Assembly: GCA_030390025.1 (NCBI GenBank)
Contig: CM059449.1
Location: 15,438,001 to 15,502,000, forward strand
Reading direction: 5' to 3'
DNA from: Squalus acanthias
Taxonomy: Eukaryota
Length of the DNA: 64,000 nucleotides
The position numbers were made by a program, and so were the translations under genes. This document shows, piece by piece, positions 61,117 through 64,000 of this stretch. Under the pieces are notes generated by a model. It worked only from the letters and a program-made list of their open reading frames with translations, searched no databases and was not told the origin of the DNA. Numbering within the stretch: the stretch's first letter is position 1; every line of letters begins with the position of its first letter.

Positions 61117-64000
61117 ATGCAAACTATTCACATGTGGATGTTCTTGAATTTACTGACCATACTTTTGCATATCGGTGAGCCGCTGTCTTCTGACGTTCAG
61201 ATTTTAATTTTATTAATTCGCTTATGGGATCTGGGCGTCGCTGGCAAGGCCAGCATTTATTGCCCATTCCTAGTTGCCCTTGCGAAGGTGTTGGTGAGCC
61301 GCCTTCTTGAACCGCTGCAGATCGTGTGGTGAAGGTACTCCCACAGTGTGCTTATAGGGAGTGGGTTCCAGGATTTTGACCTAGCGACGATGAAGGTTAG
61401 GCGATATAGTTCTAAGTCAGGATGGTGCGTGACTTGGAGGGGAACTGGGAGGTGGTGGTGTTCCCATGCACATGCTGCCCTTGACCTTCTAGGTGGAAGA
61501 GGTCGCGGGTTTGGGAGGTGCTGCCGAAGAATCCTTGGCGAGTTGCTGCAGAGCATCTTATAGATGGTACACACTGCAGCCACTGTATGCCGGTGGTGGA
61601 GGGAGTGAATGTTTAAGGTGATGGATGGGGTGCCAATCAAGCGGGCTGCTTTGTCTCGGATGGTGTCAAGCTTCTTGAGTGTTGTTGAAGCTGCACTCAT
61701 CCAGGCAAGTGGGGAGTATTGCATCACACTCCTTACTTATGCCTTGTAGATGGTGAAAATTCTATATTTATTAAGGTGTACGATTATTTGGTTCGGCAGG
61801 TTGTTTCGTTATGCACAACTAATATATAACGAAGTTACATTGTGTAAACAAACTGTTTTATTTTATTATGCTGTGTTACTTTGCGTTCAACGGTCTAAGC
61901 ATTTTATCTTTCGGGGAGCTTTATATATATATTATACACATTAACGTTCTCCTCCATGCAGATGCTGTGAATTTGCATTATACAAATAACATAATTAATA
62001 GGCCTACTAAAATGTACTGATGGAAATAAATTAACTCACGGACTCCTGACCGACTGTGTTACACATGGAATTATCTGACATTATACCTTCTACTCGACAA
62101 TTCAACGTCTTTGCTTTCGACACAATTTATTCCATGAGCAAACGATTCATATTCAAAACATTTCCAACGTTTTCATACTTACACTTGACGTAATATAAAG
62201 GACAGGTTTCCGTCTTAAATGATTAAAGATGACAGAAGTGAAATCTTCCCCCAGTAGGACGGTGAAATACAGCTGCGTTGGGAAGTGGTGATTATATTAT
62301 GTCAATAGTTTTGCAAAGAAAACCAAGTGTGTGAAAATACAGCAGATCCCCCTTTATAAAGTGACAATTGCCTTTAATTTTTGCACCATAAAGTTCTGAA
62401 TGTACACAGCTGTTCAATCTGATTATGGAGTGCAATTTCCCAAAGTTCCGTTGAGAAACTGGAAAAGGACCCAATGTAATGACAGCTGAATACCGGTTTG
62501 TAGCTCAATGATTGATGGATCAATCAGCATTTAAAATTCTTCATAATAGCTTGTAAATTGTGGGACACAAGAGATCATTGTGTCCAAAAAAAACCTGTCC
62601 CTGTTTGACAGATACATGCTTCTTTCTCCAGAAACACACATGTTGTCTCTTGAATCTATTTGTACTGCCCACTCCCACGGCCGTCTCCAGTAACTTGTTC
62701 CACAAATCTCTTACTCTATAGGCGAACAGTTTCCGCCTAACTTCCCTTCTTACAGCTAACTAGTTAACGTCTAAAGTGTGACCCTTGGAAATTAGATCCT
62801 TCCCCACAGTGAGCGATCTATCTGGGCTCAATTCATAATAATTGTACAACGCTAATTGACAGGTTGCGGTATGTCCTGTACGGATACATTGATCCTAATT
62901 TAATCTAACAAAAAAAGACACCCAGTAACATCAATTAGTGATAGTGGAAGATACTTTAATTTGAGCTTCGCCCCTCATGGCAGATGACATTTAACGCAGG
63001 AAAGTGCGAAGTGATACATTTTGGTGGGAAGAACGAGAAGAGGCAATATAAACTGAAGGTTACGATCCTAAAGTGGGTGCCTGAACAGTGAGACCTGGGG
63101 GTATATGTCACAAATCATTGTAGGTGGCAGGGCAGGTTGACAAAGCGGTTAACAAAGAATGCAGGATACTGGGCTTCATAAATAGAGGCATAGAGTACGA
63201 AAGCAAGGCAGTTATGATGAACCTTTATAAAACACTGGTTCGGCCTCAACTGCAGTATTGTGTCCAGTTCTGGGCACCGCACTTTAGGAATGATGTGAAG
63301 GCCTCAGAGAGGGTGAGGAAAAGATTTACGGACTTGGTTCGGGGATGAGGAACTTCAGTTACGTGGATAGACTGGAGAAGTCGGAGTTGTTCTCCTTCGA
63401 ACAGAGAAGGTTGAGAAAAGATCTGATGGAGGTGTTCAAAATCATGAGGGGTCTAAACAGAGTAGATAGAAAGAAACTGTAACCATTGGCGGAAGGGTTG
63501 TGAACTAGTGGACACAGATTGGCAAAAGAGCCAAAGGCGAAATGAGAAAACCCTTTTTTCGCAGCGAGTGGTTAGTACCTGGAATGCACTGCCTGAAAGT
63601 GTGGTGAAGGCATATTCAATCGTGGCTTTCAGAAGGGAGTTGGATAAGTACCTGAAGGAAAAAATGCAGGGCTACGGGGAAAGGGCGGGTGAGTGGGACC
63701 GGCTGAAGTGCTCTTGCAAAGAGCCGGCACAGGCTCGACGGGCCAAATGGCCTCCTTCTGTGCTGTAACCATTCTATGATTCCATACTGGTCCGTAAATC
63801 TGTAGGTCACTATTGACAGATTGTATTGTTCCATTTATACTCTAGACAGTGGGTTGACGAGTGGAATCAGAGTTTTCCAGTCCCCAGATGCCATCAATGT
63901 AACAGAAGGAGGATCGGTGCAGCTGAACTGCACTTTTGAAGCGATTGGTTCTGTTGGACATGTTGTTTGGAGGCGGGCCACAGAAAACATGGTAGTGTCG
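61117..64000 (+). CDS. NCR3: Gene D (partial): paralogue of gene B; leader 61117-61174 and V exon from 63846 running off the window
   Basis: MQTIHMWMFLNLLTILLHI with intact G|gtgagc donor; V exon DSGLTSGIRVFQSPDAINVTEGGSVQLNCTFEAIGSVGHVVWRRATENMVVS. Confidence 0.85.
62975..63785 (+). mobile_element. CR1 fragment in gene D intron 1
   Basis: FINRGIEYES..LQYCVQFWAPHF. Confidence 0.85.

Overview
This is repeat-rich vertebrate DNA, almost certainly from a cartilaginous fish: it carries HE1-type V-SINE, Deu-domain SINE, CR1/HER1-type LINE and Penelope-type repeats. Between the repeats lies a cluster of single V-set Ig receptor genes resembling NKp30/NCR3, reconstructed here by hand from splice signals and exon phases. 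Gene A (-, 25944 to at least 15892, possibly 9630) has an uncharged TM and a cytoplasmic tail built from five tandem microexon pairs, each placing a Tyr motif at the same position. Gene C (-, 57314-50959) has a poly-Ile TM, uses the same microexon module and probably ends in YxxM. Gene B (+, 40371-45637) is activating-type (TM Lys, almost no tail) but is disabled by a splice-donor mutation and a frameshift. Gene D (+, 61117 to beyond the window end) is an apparently intact duplicate of B. The C/D unit was tandemly duplicated at ~20 kb offset, and the left copy keeps only a relic terminal exon of C. The window also holds an internally deleted CsRN1-like Gypsy element nested in a SINE nested in a CR1, a near-complete two-gene Harbinger transposon, Penelope-type repeats with hammerhead ribozyme cores, and two assembly gaps. 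All gene models are manual predictions without transcript support.
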